The notes under the pieces: model-generated
The model's database searches: none
Told to the model about the DNA's origin: nothing
Seen by the model: only the letters and a program-made list of their open reading frames with translations
Source: Oxynema aestuarii AP17
GTDB lineage: Bacteria; Cyanobacteriota; Cyanobacteriia; Cyanobacteriales; Laspinemataceae
Reading direction: 5' to 3'
Assembly: GCF_012295525.1 (NCBI RefSeq)
Contig: NZ_CP051167.1
Location: 5,941,299 to 6,005,298, forward strand
Length of the DNA stretch: 64,000 nucleotides
Shown here: piece by piece, positions 1-10,653 of the stretch
Numbering within the stretch: position 1 is the stretch's first letter
Layout of the letters: the number at the start of each line of letters is the position of its first letter
Translations under genes and position numbers: made by a program

Positions 1-838
1 CAATTTTCCGATCGCCGATAACCTCAAAGCCAGTATTTTCGCCAACGCAGGCGGACACCATTTTTACGCCCCCACCCTCAACCCCTATTTAGAAGCAGGT
101 GGCGGCGGAACCGGAGCCCTTTCTCGCTTTGGCGAACGCAACCCGATTTTCCGCACGACCCTCGGCGGCGTCGGGGTCGGGTTTCAGTACAAAGCGGGCA
201 ACCTTCTCGAAGTCAATGCCGGATATTTGAGCAACGAAGGGAACACCCCCCAGCGATCGCAAGGTCTGTTTGACGGCAACTATTCCGCCCTGACTCAGGT
301 GATTTTCGGCGATCGCTTCAAAATCGGCCTGACCTACATTCACGGCTACGACGGCACCAGTAACCCCCGCTTCGGCTTCGGCGGAACCGGAACTGCTTTA
401 GGAACCTTAAACCCCTCCGCCCTCGGCTTGCGCGCTACTCCCGTCGTCAGCAACTCCTACGGCGTCCAAACTTCTTTGAGAATTAGCCCCCAACTCATTC
501 TCGGCGGTTGGTTGGGGAAAACCAGCGCCCGTCTGATTGGTTTGGGAGATGCGGATATTTGGAATTATGCGGTCACCCTCGCTTTACCGGATTTGGGTAA
601 ACAAGGATCCCTCGGCGGTTTGATCTTCGGCGCCGAACCCTATTTGAGCGATCTCGACGTGCCGGGAAATCCCGATTTTCCTACAGATATCCCGTTTCAT
701 GTCGAAGGATTCTACAAATATCAAATGAGTGACAATATTGCCATTACGCCGGGTTTAATTTGGTTGACTTCTCCCAATCAAAATAAGGACAACGATGATG
801 TTTTTATTGGCACGGTGAGAACGACATTTTCGTTTTAA
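1..838 (+). CDS. Partial (5'-truncated by the window edge) C-terminal part of an OprB/cyanobacterial-type porin beta-barrel.
   Basis: The frame is open from position 2 to the stop at 838. The sequence is Gly/Asn/Ser/Thr-rich with alternating residues, as in beta-strands. The C-terminus ...GTVRTTFSF ends in an aromatic residue, the OMP beta-signal. This is typical of the C-terminal half of SomA/OprB-like porins. Confidence 0.65.
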   Translation, partial: NFPIADNLKASIFANAGGHHFYAPTLNPYLEAGGGGTGALSRFGERNPIFRTTLGGVGVGFQYKAGNLLEVNAGYLSNEGNTPQRSQGLFDGNYSALTQVIFGDRFKIGLTYIHGYDGTSNPRFGFGGTGTALGTLNPSALGLRATPVVSNSYGVQTSLRISPQLILGGWLGKTSARLIGLGDADIWNYAVTLALPDLGKQGSLGGLIFGAEPYLSDLDVPGNPDFPTDIPFHVEGFYKYQMSDNIAITPGLIWLTSPNQNKDNDDVFIGTVRTTFSF

Positions 839-1184
839 GGCACAAGGTAAAAGGGGGTGGGAGTCAAGGGTCGGGGGGCAACACGAGCGCCATACTCCTC
901 CCTCATTCCTCTTCTTTGTTGCCTCAATCTATATGGTTTAAATTGGGTTGAAATGTAAGAGGATAGAATGGGAAGCCGATTCTCAATTCGATTAAGTCCG
1001 AGTGCTGTGGGTGAATTCGCTGTTAATTCTCTTATCGTTTGATGATTTTCGGATATGATTTATCTTGCTCGCTTCTCGATCCAAAATCCAAAACCTCCGA
1101 GGGTTGTATCGATTTGTACTGTATTTGACGATCGATTCAGTTATGCTTGAAAAATTGACTTAAAATGAAACTGAATTTATAACA

Positions 1185-2174
1185 ATGCGCCTAGAGCAGT
1201 TACAAGCCTTTCTGGCTGTTGCTGAGACGGGAAGCTTTCAGCAATCCGCGCGTCAATGTGGGGTGACCCAATCGACGATCAGCCGACAAATTCAGGCACT
1301 CGAAGCAGAATTGGGTTTGCCACTGTTTCATCGGGCTGCTCAGGCTAAGTTAACATTGGCGGGCGATCGCTTTTGGCCGCGCGCCCGTAAAATTTGCCAA
1401 GAATGGGATAACGCCCGTCAAGAATTGGCGGATTTACTGGCAGGAAAACAGCCGGAATTGTGCGTGGCGGCAATTCATTCGGTTTGTGCGTATTATTTAC
1501 CCCCGGTTTTACAAAAGTTTTGTCAAAGTTATCCGGAAGTACAGTTAAGAGTGACGGCGTTGGGCAGCGATCGCGCACTGAAGGTTTTAAAGGATGGGTT
1601 AGTGGATTTGGCGATCGTCATGAACAACCGTTTTTTAACCGCCAGTCCGGAAATGGTGGTCGATATTCTTTACGAAGAAACCATCGAGGTGTTGATGGCG
1701 GTGGATCATCCCCTCGCCCAATACGATCGCATTCCCTGGTCGGAATTAGCTCGTTTTCCTCAAGTGGTGTTTAAAGATGGTTACGGGATGCAACGGTTGG
1801 TACAAGATTTGTTTTTAAAACAAGGAATTCCCTTGCGTGCGGTGTTGGAATTAAACACGCCGGATGCATTTCGTGGGGTAGTACGTCAGGGGGAAACGAT
1901 CGCCCTGCTGCCGGAATCGGCTCTGGTGGAAGCCCGACACGATCCGACGTTGGCGGTGCGATCGCTGGCCCCTCTATCGTCGCAGGTAGCGGTTGACGCC
2001 GAAAAAAACGGGGAAAATAGCCAGGTTCCCTGGAATCGCCAAGTGGCAATCGTGACGACGCGCGATCGCTTGCAAATTCCTCCGATCGAATACTTTTGGC
2101 AGTTGGTTCACGAATGCGTTCCCGAACAGCAGCCATGTCATCCCCGGGAGAGTGCGACTTTTCCCGTGTCGTGA
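1185..2174 (+). CDS. LysR-family transcriptional regulator.
   Basis: The N-terminal HTH MRLEQLQAFLAVAETGSFQQSARQCGVTQSTISRQIQALE is the canonical LysR signature. The C-terminal part is a substrate-binding domain of about 200 aa. Confidence 0.85.
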   Translation: MRLEQLQAFLAVAETGSFQQSARQCGVTQSTISRQIQALEAELGLPLFHRAAQAKLTLAGDRFWPRARKICQEWDNARQELADLLAGKQPELCVAAIHSVCAYYLPPVLQKFCQSYPEVQLRVTALGSDRALKVLKDGLVDLAIVMNNRFLTASPEMVVDILYEETIEVLMAVDHPLAQYDRIPWSELARFPQVVFKDGYGMQRLVQDLFLKQGIPLRAVLELNTPDAFRGVVRQGETIALLPESALVEARHDPTLAVRSLAPLSSQVAVDAEKNGENSQVPWNRQVAIVTTRDRLQIPPIEYFWQLVHECVPEQQPCHPRESATFPVS

Positions 2175-2292
2175 ACGAGAACAATCGGGCGATCGCGGGG
2201 AAATCTTGATTGAAAATGAGAGAAAAATAGTTTTCAAGCTGGATTTAGCCTAAAATCTCAAATCTGAAGCCATCTAAAATTCCATTTTCGCC

Positions 2293-3348
2293 ATGAGTGA
2301 TGCTTTTCGCGAACTTCTCAAAAAAATTGGCAGTGGTCCCCATACCGGACAAGCTCTCAACCGGGAAGAAGCAGCCAGTGCGATGCGAATGATGCTCCTC
2401 GGCGAAGCGACTCCAGCCCAAATCGGGGCGTTCTCGATCGCCCATCGAATCAAGCGTCCGACGGGGGAAGAGTTGGCGGGAATGTTGGATGCTTACGACG
2501 AGATCGGACCGCAGTTAGGGGCGATCGCGGGAATTGAGGCGATCGTCTTGGGGGTGCCTTATGACGGGCGATCGCGCACGGCCCCCGTAACCCTCCTGAC
2601 GGCGTTAATTTTAGCCAATGCGGGGGAATGGGTGGTCGTACACGGGGGCGATCGAATGCCGACGAAGTACGGCGTCCCTTTAATCGATCTCTGGCAGGGA
2701 TTGGGGATTGACTGGCGATCGCTCGATCTGGCACAAACTCAGGCAGTCTTTGAAAAAACCGGGATCGGTTTTGTGTATGTACCCGCTCATTTTCCCGAAG
2801 CGGCGAGTCTGATTCCCTACCGGGAGCAAATCGGCAAGCGCCCCCCGATCGCCACGTTGGAGTTAATCTGGTGTCCTTATGCCGGAAAGGCCCAGATCGT
2901 CTCGGGTTTCGTCCATCCTCCCACGGAAAATATGTTTCGCGAAGCGTTCCGGTTGCGCGGACAAGCCCATTTTACGACGGTGAAGGGGTTGGAAGGGAGT
3001 TGCGATTTACCGCGCGATCGCGCCGCGATCGTCGGGGTGAAGCAACCGGAACGATCGCCCCACGACGACTTAGAACGGTTGCTGCTGCACGCCCGCGATT
3101 ACGGTTTTAGCAGCGTTAACGTGCCTCTGTGTTCGGAAGCCTTTTTAATCGAGCAAATGCAAGCTATTGTCAAGGGCGAGGAAAGCGATTTGCTGCCGTC
3201 GGTGTTGTGGAATGCGGGCTTTTACTTGTGGCATCGCGGTATTGCCTCGAATTTGGAAATCGGCACGCAAATCGCTAAAGAAGCGTTGAGCGAAGGTCAA
3301 ATAGCCGCTAAAGTGGGGGCGATCGCCGAAGCCGTCGCCGCTAGTTAG
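2293..3348 (+). CDS. Anthranilate phosphoribosyltransferase (TrpD)-family protein, paralogue type.
   Basis: The N-terminal helical domain motif LLKKI..G..L..EEA..AM..ML.GEATPAQIGAF..A.R.K and the glycosyltransferase family 3 fold length (351 aa) match the TrpD family. Confidence 0.75.
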   Translation: MSDAFRELLKKIGSGPHTGQALNREEAASAMRMMLLGEATPAQIGAFSIAHRIKRPTGEELAGMLDAYDEIGPQLGAIAGIEAIVLGVPYDGRSRTAPVTLLTALILANAGEWVVVHGGDRMPTKYGVPLIDLWQGLGIDWRSLDLAQTQAVFEKTGIGFVYVPAHFPEAASLIPYREQIGKRPPIATLELIWCPYAGKAQIVSGFVHPPTENMFREAFRLRGQAHFTTVKGLEGSCDLPRDRAAIVGVKQPERSPHDDLERLLLHARDYGFSSVNVPLCSEAFLIEQMQAIVKGEESDLLPSVLWNAGFYLWHRGIASNLEIGTQIAKEALSEGQIAAKVGAIAEAVAAS

Positions 3349-3380
3349 AATGTAGGTTAAACGCAAAAAATAACTGTTAC

Positions 3381-3400
3381 TCTACAATCTACAATCTACA
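3381..3400. repeat. Tandem heptamer CTACAAT x3 immediately upstream of the mobA start codon.
   Basis: actctacaatctacaatctacaATG. Each unit resembles a -10 hexamer. Confidence 0.6.
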
Positions 3401-4009
3401 ATGCTCAAAAATCGCCTCACTGCCTTGGTTTTAGCGGGCGGTTCGAGTTCGCGGATGGGGCAGGACAAAGCCCTCTTAACTGTTGGAGGTCGGACATTTT
3501 TGCAGAAAGTCTGCGAAGTCGCGCGCCAGTGTTGCGATCGCGTCTGCATCCTGACCCCGTGGCCCGAACGCTATCAATTTTTAAATGAATTGCCCTCATG
3601 GGGAGCAGGGGAGATCGCCTTTCTCGACGAACTCCATCCCGGAGAAGGACCGTTAGTGGCGTTATGCGACGGTTTGGCGCAGGTCGAGAGCGAGTGGGTA
3701 TTGTTGCTGGCGTGCGATTTGCCGTTCTTGGACGGGGCGATCGTGGCACGCTGGGCCGCCCAATTAGATGCCCTTTCCCCGGAGATTCTGGCGTCGGTTC
3801 CGCAACAGGACAGTTTGTGGCAGCCGACATGTGGTTTTTACCGATCGCCGATTCTACCGCACCTGCAAGGGTTTGTCGCTCGGGGCGGGCGATCGTTCCA
3901 ACGGGGGTTGAGGGAGCTTCCGGTGCAGGCGATCGCCTTGAACTCAGCCGAGTCACAAATGTTGCTTAATGTCAATACCCCGGAAGCGTTTCGATCGCTG
4001 CAAAATTAG
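3401..4009 (+). CDS. mobA: Molybdenum cofactor guanylyltransferase MobA.
   Basis: The N-terminus carries LTALVLAGGSSSRMGQDKALL, the MobA nucleotide-binding signature. The length is about 200 aa. Confidence 0.8.
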   Translation: MLKNRLTALVLAGGSSSRMGQDKALLTVGGRTFLQKVCEVARQCCDRVCILTPWPERYQFLNELPSWGAGEIAFLDELHPGEGPLVALCDGLAQVESEWVLLLACDLPFLDGAIVARWAAQLDALSPEILASVPQQDSLWQPTCGFYRSPILPHLQGFVARGGRSFQRGLRELPVQAIALNSAESQMLLNVNTPEAFRSLQN

Positions 4010-4194
4010 GGTTTTGGGGGGCGATCGCACCGCCGAGGATCCTCGAATGAGTAAAAAAACTGACTTTGGTTCCGAGTTCCCAGGGATTCTTTGGAAAGAT
4101 TTTGGAATCCTTGCTTATAATCTGTACAGGAATCTATAGATTTCTCAATAGGTTACTTGCGAACCTTTACAAACTCAGTAGTTCAAACCCTTGA

Positions 4195-4938
4195 ATGATG
4201 CCCCGGATACTCGTCATCGACGATGACCCTGCGATTTCCGAATTAGTTGCCGTCAATCTCGAAATGGCTGGCTACGAAGTCAGCCAAGCTGAAGATGGCA
4301 TCAAAGGTCAGGCTCTAGCGCTCCAGCTTCTGCCGGATTTGATCATGCTCGATCTGATGCTGCCTCGCGTGGATGGATTTACTGTCTGTCAGCGTCTGCG
4401 CCGCGACGAACGAACTGCCGACATCCCCGTATTAATGTTGACGGCTTTGGGTCAAACTCAGGATAAAGTCGAGGGCTTTAATGCAGGGGCTGACGACTAC
4501 CTGACGAAACCGTTTGAAGTTGAGGAAATGCTCGCTCGGGTACGCGCTTTGTTGCGCCGAACCGATCGCATTCCCCAAGCGGCGAAACATACGGAAATTC
4601 TCAATTACGGCCCGCTCACCCTGGTTCCGGAACGATTTGAATGTATTTGGTTTGGCCAAACGGTGAAGTTGACCCATTTGGAGTTTGAGTTACTGCATTG
4701 CTTGCTCCAACGTCACGGTCAAACGGTGTCGCCGAGTGAAATTCTCAAGGAAGTGTGGGGTTACGATCCCGACGATGACATCGAAACGATTCGCGTTCAC
4801 GTCAGACATTTGAGAACGAAGCTCGAACCGGATCCGCGTCATCCTAAATATATCAAAACCGTTTATGGGGCGGGTTATTGTTTGGAGTTACCCAATACCC
4901 CCGTTAGCGAACGCCAGGAAGATGTAGAAGCCGGGTAG
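4195..4938 (+). CDS. rpaA: OmpR-family two-component response regulator, RpaA-like.
   Basis: The receiver domain [26 protein letters not shown]...[15 protein letters not shown] and a winged-helix C-terminus are present. From memory the sequence closely resembles the circadian-output regulator RpaA. The OmpR-family call is secure; the rpaA identity is recollection, not computed. Confidence 0.6.
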   Translation: MMPRILVIDDDPAISELVAVNLEMAGYEVSQAEDGIKGQALALQLLPDLIMLDLMLPRVDGFTVCQRLRRDERTADIPVLMLTALGQTQDKVEGFNAGADDYLTKPFEVEEMLARVRALLRRTDRIPQAAKHTEILNYGPLTLVPERFECIWFGQTVKLTHLEFELLHCLLQRHGQTVSPSEILKEVWGYDPDDDIETIRVHVRHLRTKLEPDPRHPKYIKTVYGAGYCLELPNTPVSERQEDVEAG

Positions 4939-5025
4939 GGCGATCGAGATAGAGAAGGGAAAGGCAATGAAAGATAGCTTTCACGGCGATCGCCCGGATC
5001 GATCTCGGTCGAGCCACAGAAACAA

Positions 5026-5066
5026 ATACAGCTAGACAGATTGGTCTAGCTGTATTTTACGATTTT
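5026..5066 (+). terminator. Rho-independent terminator downstream of the response regulator.
   Basis: A perfect inverted repeat ATACAGCTAGAC-agattgg-GTCTAGCTGTAT is followed by TTTACGATTTT. Confidence 0.6.
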
Positions 5067-5332
5067 ATGGGGGGTCTGGGCGATCGCCCTTTGCCTGCCT
5101 TCGCGCGGCGATCGGGCGATCGGCTTCCAATTCGGTCTGTTTTCTTGGATCGTTTTATATACTATATATAACTTTAGTTAATAAATATTTCAGATCGAAT
5201 TCACCGCCCTCACCCTCAGATTCATCGGCGACCCGCGATCGGCGATCGGTCGGAATGACGGGTGCTAAAACCCGCATTCCGACCGATCGTTACCGAAAAT
5301 ATCAGCGATGGAGAAAGGGTTCCCAAGCCCCT

Positions 5333-6553
5333 CTAAGGCGCTAACGCATTTCCTCGCAGCAAGCTACCGATGGTTTTCGCCGTAATCTTGAGCTGCACCA
5401 AAGGATTGGCGGGAACGACGGTTTTGTAGAGATAGCTATCAAAGGTCAGCTTCTGCACGTCGAGGTCGGCGCACATTTCTACAAACGCTTCCCGGGTAGC
5501 GTCGGAACGGTAGAAGACCCGTTGCAAGATGTCGAGCACCTTGTAGGTCATGCCGTATTTCTTATCCCAACGCTTGATATAAAGCTGCAAGTCCGCTTCC
5601 GTCGGAATGCGCTGTCCGGCGTTGGTGGTTTCGACGATCGTTTCGGCGCACATCCGGGCGGATTTGGCGGCGAAGTAGATCCCTTCTCCCGAGGATTTGG
5701 TCACGGTTCCGGCAGCGTCTCCGACGAGAGCCACGCGACCGCGAACCCGGTGCGGACGGGGATGTTCGGGAATCGGGTGCGCTTCGACTTTGATGATTTC
5801 GCCACCTTCGAGGCGTTTTGCGGCCCGGGCGCGGATTCCAGCTTGAAGCTGTTTGATGCGCGCTTGGTTGACTTTCATCGTACCCGTTCCCACGGCGACG
5901 TGGTCGTATTTGGGGAACACCCAGGCGTAGAAGTCGGGGGAGACGTCGTTACCGACGTACATTTCCGCTAAATCTTGGTAATACGCCATTTTGTCTTCGG
6001 GCAGACGAATGCGCTCTTGGAAGGCGATCGCGTAGTTGTAATCTCCGGCTTCGATCGCCTTGGCTACCCGAGAGTTGGCGCCGTCCGCACCGATGACGAC
6101 ATCGACTTTCAGGGTTTTTTGAGTGCCTTCTAAAGTGCCGTCGGAATGATCGGCGTAGTGAATTGTATAAGGGTCGGTATTATTGGAGGGAATCTCAAGT
6201 TTGTGAACCGTGCCGTTAATCAGGTTAGCCCCTAATTTGGCGGCGCGATCGCGCATGAACCCATCGAGAATTTCCCGACGGCACATGCCAATATATTCGT
6301 CTTGATTGGGTAAATGAATATCGACTTCGATATTAGACGGGGAGATCATTTTCATATTTCTCACCCGCCGATCCACGATTTCGGGAGGTAGATCGAACTC
6401 GCTGACCATGCACAGTGGAATTGCACCGCCACAAGGCTTGGCATTATTGAGCTTGCGCTCGAACAGGAAGGTTTCAATACCCGCTTTTGCAAGTGTCTCG
6501 GCGGCGGAGGAGCCTGCGGGGCCTCCTCCCACGACAGCAACCCTTAGTCCCAA
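5333..6553 (-). CDS. chlP: Geranylgeranyl diphosphate reductase ChlP (chlorophyll/tocopherol phytyl tail).
   Basis: The FAD-binding N-terminus VAVVGGGPAGSSAAETLAKAGIETFLFERK and the CGGAIP motif are present. The 406-aa length matches the ChlP family. Confidence 0.9.
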   Translation of the reverse strand: MGLRVAVVGGGPAGSSAAETLAKAGIETFLFERKLNNAKPCGGAIPLCMVSEFDLPPEIVDRRVRNMKMISPSNIEVDIHLPNQDEYIGMCRREILDGFMRDRAAKLGANLINGTVHKLEIPSNNTDPYTIHYADHSDGTLEGTQKTLKVDVVIGADGANSRVAKAIEAGDYNYAIAFQERIRLPEDKMAYYQDLAEMYVGNDVSPDFYAWVFPKYDHVAVGTGTMKVNQARIKQLQAGIRARAAKRLEGGEIIKVEAHPIPEHPRPHRVRGRVALVGDAAGTVTKSSGEGIYFAAKSARMCAETIVETTNAGQRIPTEADLQLYIKRWDKKYGMTYKVLDILQRVFYRSDATREAFVEMCADLDVQKLTFDSYLYKTVVPANPLVQLKITAKTIGSLLRGNALAP

Positions 6554-6901
6554 AGCTGTTCTCCCTATGTCTGTTTGCGGTTACCGCCAGTCATGGTATC
6601 ACGGACTTCTAAGTCGCGCTTCTCTCCTCTCCCAGATATGACAAAAATGAAACAGACCTTAATATTTCGATACAATTTCTCGAACCCGTCAATCTCGACC
6701 ATCAGCAATTTTGAATGACAGGCGATCGCATTTATGGTATTAGGGCATGAGTCGGGCAGAAAAAAAGGCGACCGGGACGGTCGCACTCGGGAAAATTGGC
6801 AAGCTTGCGATTCTGGAAAAAATGCTAGACTTGCGTCTTTTTAGAAGGGGGGATTTTATGCTCCCTTTCGTTAAGCCAGGGCAAGATTATATAAAACAAG
6901 A

Positions 6902-7273
6902 TTAGTTTTCAGTATAAGCTTTGACCGCTTTTTTAACCTTCTGTTCTACAGAATTATCCTCTTGTGTATCTTCCGGACTAATCATTTTATTTTTGCTGGC
7001 GGCGCCTTGAACTTCGTTAATCCCTTCCTGCGCCTTTTTCTGAGTTTCTTTTAAAGACATCGGACTATCTTTGGCGACTTGTTCCGATCGCTGACGGATT
7101 TCGTTCAAATTCGCTTCGCCTTCCGTCGGCTGACTTTTAGCCGCAAAAGCCGGAAACGCACTACTCAAAATGAGTAAGCCCGCGATCGCGATCGCCAACA
7201 GAAAACGGATCGGACGGACGATCGCAAAATTAAAAGCACTAAAATTCATACAAAAAAACCTCCAAAATTTCAA
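6902..7273 (-). CDS. Small secreted hypothetical protein.
   Basis: A hydrophobic signal-like segment LLAIAIAGLLILSSAFPAFAA is followed by a charged low-complexity tail. The start is uncertain. Confidence 0.35.
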   Translation of the reverse strand: MKFWRFFCMNFSAFNFAIVRPIRFLLAIAIAGLLILSSAFPAFAAKSQPTEGEANLNEIRQRSEQVAKDSPMSLKETQKKAQEGINEVQGAASKNKMISPEDTQEDNSVEQKVKKAVKAYTEN

Positions 7274-7781
7274 AAATAAAATTCGCTTGGGGAGCGATGG
7301 TATCGACGGCCAATCCCCACTCGGGGAATTGAGTTCGATACAAATGAACTAACTTTAATTTAACGGAATTCGTGCGATCGCCAATCCCCCTAGAGAGAGA
7401 TTTGAAAAAGCGGGCGGTCTCTCTGTAGAGTGAGACCGATCGGTTTGGGACGATAGCCCTCTCGGAATCCAACAGTAGCCGAGACGAACACCAGCCGATA
7501 GAGTAAAAGCAATTTCCCTGTTTTCACTAATTTAGGCGATCGCCTCTACGCTTCCCTTGTATGTTATTCGTAGTCTGGTGGAAGACGATGAACCGCTCTG
7601 TCCGCTTCGGTCAGGTGAAGCTGGCGTGTCCCTTGTGGGAGATTCGCAAAACGAACACCTCGGATTCTTAGTCTCCGGTTCGATCGCGGCGATCTCCGTA
7701 TCTAGGGGAGAATTTGGATTGCCGGGTCGATCGGCTCCGTGCAATTAACGTCTATATCGTAAGATTTAGAATTCGAGGTTT

Positions 7782-9473
7782 ATGGATCTGGGGGATATGT
7801 CAAAGTTGAATTTCGTTCGTACGATCTGCGCTTGGGGAATGGCGATCGCGCCGAAGTCGCGGCGGCGGCGATCGCGCCTCCGATTTGTCGCACTGTTTGC
7901 CACCTGCTGCTTGTTGGCGGTCAGTTGCGGATCGCGAGAAAGCACGCAAGTCACTGAATCTCCGGGGGAACCCGGACGAATTACGATCGGCACGATCGCC
8001 AAAGTGCGAACCCTAGATCCGGCAGATGCTTACGAAAATGCGGCGGGAACCTTTCTCTACAATTTGGGCGATCGTCTCTACACCTACAAAACCGGGACGA
8101 CCCAGATCGAACCCCAACTCGCCAGCGCACTCCCCACCATCGGCGAGGACGGTTTGACCTATACGATTCCCTTGCGCGAAGGGGTGAAGTTTCACGACGG
8201 AAGCGCTTTCAACGCCGAAGCGATGAAGTTTTCTTTAACTCGGTTTATCGAAAATGGCGGGATTCCCTCGTCGATCTTAGGGGAAGTGGTCGAGGCGATC
8301 GAGGCGACCGGAGAATATGAGCTAACCATTACTTTGAAAAAGCCGTTTGCCGCCTTTACTTCCCTCTTGACATTTACTGGAACTTGTGCAGTCTCCCCCC
8401 AGGCTTACGAAATTGGCGACGGTAAATTCCAACCGGATCGATTTGTCGGAACCGGACCGTATAAATTAGCCAGTTACGGGACCGATTCGATCCAATTCGA
8501 CGTTTTCGAGGACTATTGGGGCGAACAACCCGCCAATCTCGGCGTCGATGTTCGGCGTTATTCTAGTGCTTCCAACGTGTACAATGCCTTGCAAACCGGG
8601 GCGATCGATTTAACCTACGGGACGTTAGATCTCGATCAAATTGCTCAGTTGGAAAAAGAGGCACAAGCGGGTAAGTTTAAAGGGGTTACCGGACCGGGAA
8701 ATGGCATTTATTATTTAAGTTTGAATTTGCAAAGCGAACCGTTAAACCGTCCCGAAGTGCGACAGGCGATCGCGGCGATCGTCAACCGTCCTTTACTGCA
8801 ACAACGAGTTTTTCGCGGACAAATCGAACCGATTTACAGTCTTTTACCCGCCACCTTAGACGAGTATTACAAACCCGTCTTTCAAACTTACGGCGATGGC
8901 GATGGCGAAAAAGCCTTAGCCCTGCTCGTACAAGCCGGATATTCACAACAAAATCCCTTGAATTTAGAGTTGTGGTATCGCTCTAATATTACCAGCAATG
9001 GTTTAGTTGCCACCACGATTAAAGCGGCGGCAGAACAGCAATTAAAAGGCTTCGTCAATATCGACCTGAAGAGTGTGGAATCGGCGACAGCTTATCAAAA
9101 TTTGGATAAAGGGGTTTATCCTATTTTCTTATTAGATTGGTCTCCGGACTTTCTCGATCCGGATAACTATATCCAACCGTTTATGGACTGCGATCGCGGC
9201 TCGGCGGAAACCGGATGTCAGGAAGGGGCGAGCAAATTACAAGGATCGTTTTATTACAGCGATCGCGTTAACGAGTTAATCGATCTCGAACGACAAGAAC
9301 GAGACCCGGTAAAACGTCAGGCAATTTTTGCCGAATTACAAGATATTTTAGCCCGCGACGTGCCGTTCGTTCCTTTATGGCAAAGTCGGCAATATCTGTT
9401 CGCCCAACCCAATCTTGAAGGGGTTGCGCTTCAACCCACTCAACACGTCAATTTTGCGACAATTAAAGAGTAG
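7782..9473 (+). CDS. ABC transporter substrate-binding lipoprotein, family 5 (oligopeptide/dipeptide/nickel type).
   Basis: A signal peptide with a lipobox LLAVSCGS is followed by a periplasmic binding-protein fold of about 540 aa typical of DppA/OppA/NikA. The start could be 7782 or 7797. Confidence 0.8.
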   Translation: MDLGDMSKLNFVRTICAWGMAIAPKSRRRRSRLRFVALFATCCLLAVSCGSRESTQVTESPGEPGRITIGTIAKVRTLDPADAYENAAGTFLYNLGDRLYTYKTGTTQIEPQLASALPTIGEDGLTYTIPLREGVKFHDGSAFNAEAMKFSLTRFIENGGIPSSILGEVVEAIEATGEYELTITLKKPFAAFTSLLTFTGTCAVSPQAYEIGDGKFQPDRFVGTGPYKLASYGTDSIQFDVFEDYWGEQPANLGVDVRRYSSASNVYNALQTGAIDLTYGTLDLDQIAQLEKEAQAGKFKGVTGPGNGIYYLSLNLQSEPLNRPEVRQAIAAIVNRPLLQQRVFRGQIEPIYSLLPATLDEYYKPVFQTYGDGDGEKALALLVQAGYSQQNPLNLELWYRSNITSNGLVATTIKAAAEQQLKGFVNIDLKSVESATAYQNLDKGVYPIFLLDWSPDFLDPDNYIQPFMDCDRGSAETGCQEGASKLQGSFYYSDRVNELIDLERQERDPVKRQAIFAELQDILARDVPFVPLWQSRQYLFAQPNLEGVALQPTQHVNFATIKE

Positions 9474-9618
9474 CGATCGTCGCGGATTCCCGCTTTTGTG
9501 GGAATCCATCACCTCGTTTATTCGCCAACCGATTCAGAACTCCTGTAGCGAACATCAATCATCTAGACGAGCGATCGAATCTAATAATCTAAAAAAATCT
9601 AAACTCTAAACGCCCAAC

Positions 9619-10644
9619 ATGTCTCGTTCAAAAGCCTTACAATCTTATATCCTCATTCGCTTATTGCTGGCGCCGTTGATGTTGTGGACGATTACCACCT
9701 TGGTTTTCCTCCTCCTACGGGCGACTCCCGGGGATCCCATCGATGCGATCCTCGGACCGAAAGCGTCGGACGAATTTAAAGAGCAAATGCGCGAACAGTT
9801 GGGATTGGGCGATCCGTTGTGGTTGCAATATGTCAATTACATGGGACGGTTGCTCAGTTTTGACCTGGGGACTTCGATTACCAGTCGCGGACAAAAGGTG
9901 TGGGAAATTATCGGCGACTTTTTCCCAGCGACGGTAGAATTGGCAGTGGTGAGTATGGCGATCGCCCTGATTGTCGGAATCGGGGTGGGGATGATGTCCG
10001 CTTCCCGTCCCAATACGGTTTGGGATGCGGGGGGACGCCTGTTCGGGATTTTGACTTATTCGATTCCGATGTTCTGGTTTGGGACGATCGTGCAATTGGT
10101 GTTTGCGGTTCAACTGCGTTGGTTTCCGTTGGGAACCCGCTATCCCACCGAGATTCCCGTTCCGAAAACGATCACCGGACTTTATACGATCGACAGTTTG
10201 CTGACGGGTCAGTTCGACCAATTTTTCGCCGCCTTGCACCATTTGGCGCTTCCCTGTCTGACCTTGGGAATTCTGATTAGCGGTATTTTCGAGCGCATTG
10301 TCCGGGTCAATCTCAAGCAAACATTGCAAGCGGACTATGTAGAAGCAGCACGGGCGCGCGGCATCCCGGAAGGTCGCATTTTAGTCGCCCACGCGCTCAA
10401 AAATGCCATGATTCCGGTGATTACGGTCATGGGATTGACTTTGGCGGCGCTCCTCGGCGGTGCGATTTTGACGGAAGTGACGTTTTCCTGGCCCGGATTG
10501 GCGAATCGACTGTACGAGGCGATTTCCCTGCGCGACTATCCGACGGTGCAGGGGATCGTGGTCTTTTTTGCGGCGATCGTGGTGTTGGCGAGTATTCTCA
10601 TCGATATTTTAAATGCGTATATCGACCCGCGCATTCGCTATTAA
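9619..10644 (+). CDS. ABC transporter permease, DppB/OppB type.
   Basis: It has multiple transmembrane segments and the EAA-like loop ...YVEAARARGIPEGRIL.... The C-terminus ends ...YIDPRIRY. Confidence 0.85.
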   Translation: MSRSKALQSYILIRLLLAPLMLWTITTLVFLLLRATPGDPIDAILGPKASDEFKEQMREQLGLGDPLWLQYVNYMGRLLSFDLGTSITSRGQKVWEIIGDFFPATVELAVVSMAIALIVGIGVGMMSASRPNTVWDAGGRLFGILTYSIPMFWFGTIVQLVFAVQLRWFPLGTRYPTEIPVPKTITGLYTIDSLLTGQFDQFFAALHHLALPCLTLGILISGIFERIVRVNLKQTLQADYVEAARARGIPEGRILVAHALKNAMIPVITVMGLTLAALLGGAILTEVTFSWPGLANRLYEAISLRDYPTVQGIVVFFAAIVVLASILIDILNAYIDPRIRY

Positions 10645-10653
10645 TTGATGGAG

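Noticed and set aside
840-1184. The 346-bp AT-rich gap before the LysR gene as an RNase P, 6S or other structured RNA.
   Set aside because: None of the conserved RNase P or SRP motifs I know are present. It reads like an ordinary divergent promoter region.
7500-7780. A cobalamin or NiCo riboswitch in the SBP leader.
   Set aside because: There is no B12-box (GCCACTG) and no recognisable NiCo consensus. I kept it only as a low-confidence 'structured leader' finding.
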